Positions 62,914 through 64,000 of a stretch of 64,000 nt of DNA are shown here, one piece after another. Within the stretch, counting starts at the first letter, position 1, and each line of letters begins with the position of its first letter. Position numbers and translations under genes: made by a program. Origin of the DNA: the human T2T-CHM13v2.0 reference genome, Homo sapiens; the NCBI RefSeq assembly GCF_009914755.1, contig NC_060943.1. The stretch is one strand, 5' to 3'. The notes below the pieces were generated by a model. The model searched no databases. It worked only from the letters and a program-made list of their open reading frames with translations, and was not told where the DNA came from.

Positions 62914-64000
62914 CTCTGCCGCTGCAGGGAGGAGGTCCTCTCGGGGACATAGCTGGCTCCCCCGTGGTGGCTGTCTCCGCCTCCCCCACTGCCTCCTCGG
63001 GCCCAGGGCAGAGCGCCGCCAGCTGCCGAGGAGCCCCCAAACTGCTGAAGCTTGGAGCTGAGTTCACTGATGATGCTGGCTTTTACTGTGGCCAAGGCTG
63101 AGGCCTGAGGCTGGGCCAAGGGCCCGGGCAGAGGTGGTGGCGGTGGGCCCGGGCCCTCCTCCCAGGGCAGCAGCTTCCGGGGCAGAGAGGAGGCCGTCGG
63201 CAAGGGCACCGGTGGGACTTCTGGCTCTACAGCCACCGGACCCCCCGCCACGCCTGCCGTGGGGGGTCCTGAACAAGCACGCAGGGCCAGCAGCCCATCG
63301 GTTCCAGCCCCTGTCACCGAGACGGTGGGGCTGGTGGGGGTAACAGGGTCTCGGAGTCCCCCGCTGGGGCCAGGCCGCAGGCCTCCGCTGGCTCCTAGCG
63401 CCCGGCCCCGGAGCTTAGAGGGAGTCATGAGCTGAGGAGGGTATGGCGGGCCGGGAGTACTGCTGCCCCCAAAGGCCTGGCCGTCCAGGTAGGCCACATA
63501 GGTGTCCAGAAGCTCCGGCCCACTGGCCACACCGGCCCCAGCCCCGCCCCCACCCCCTGCGCTGCCACCACCTTCGGCAGATAGGCTGCTCAGCGTGGAG
63601 GCGCTGCTGATGGTCTCCAGTGGGTGGTCACTGCTGCTCCGACTGTCCACCTCCTCGATGCCAGAATCCGTGCCAGGCGGAGGGTCCGGGCCAGGCTGTG
63701 GGGCAGCGGGAGCCGGTGCTGCTGGGGCAGGCGGGCCTGGTGGATGGGGGTCCCCAGGAGCGGCGGAGGCCCCCTGGGTCAGGGTGGCCACCTCGCTGTC
63801 ATAGGATGTCAGGCTGGATGCGGTGGAGTCCAGGGTGGGAGGGGCTGCGGCCACAGCCGGGGGTGGCACAGGGGGTAACGGGGTGGCAGGGGCAGGTGTG
63901 TCGGGCAGCGGGTGGGGAGGCCCAGGCGTGAGGGGCGACTCTGGCTTTTCGAAGCTGTTGGAGAATTCCAGAGGCGGAGGCAGCGGTTCCACGAAAAGGA
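62914..64000 (-). CDS. SHANK1: SHANK1 penultimate exon, proline-rich region (continues beyond the window)
   Basis: Homer-ligand PPxxF (PPLEF, 63977-63963), DSGIEEVDSRSSSDH and IISELSSKLQQ. Donor AG|GTAAG is in phase with the last exon. Confidence 0.96.

Overview
Human (or great-ape) genomic DNA matching the chr19q13.33 gene order SNAR-F / SYT3 / C19orf81 / SHANK1. Bases ~80-5720 are three tandem ~1.9-kb Alu-bounded CpG-rich units. The first carries the Pol III small RNA gene snaR-F (1790-1912); the other two carry shorter or more Alu-like relatives. On the minus strand each unit also carries sequence matching the novel exon 1 of CGB1/CGB2. After ~12 kb of Alu/L1/LTR debris comes the complete SYT3 gene (minus; 8 coding exons sum to 590 aa, plus two 5' and one 3' non-coding exons). 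C19orf81 (plus; 5 exons, 198 aa) follows and meets the SHANK1 3' end tail-to-tail (minus; part of the proline-rich exon, the SAM exon and a 2.4-2.7 kb 3'UTR). Most notable signals: 12 UUGCAC motifs in 1.5 kb of SHANK1 3'UTR (miR-19 seed sites and/or a CAC-type localisation element); the snaR unit as the likely source family of the CGB1/2 promoter and exon; a GC-box/GATA repeat in C19orf81 intron 4; an in-frame SYT3 uORF; MSR1-filled introns; and two templated-insertion scars. Gene and repeat names come from recognition and memory, not database searches. Repeat boundaries are approximate.
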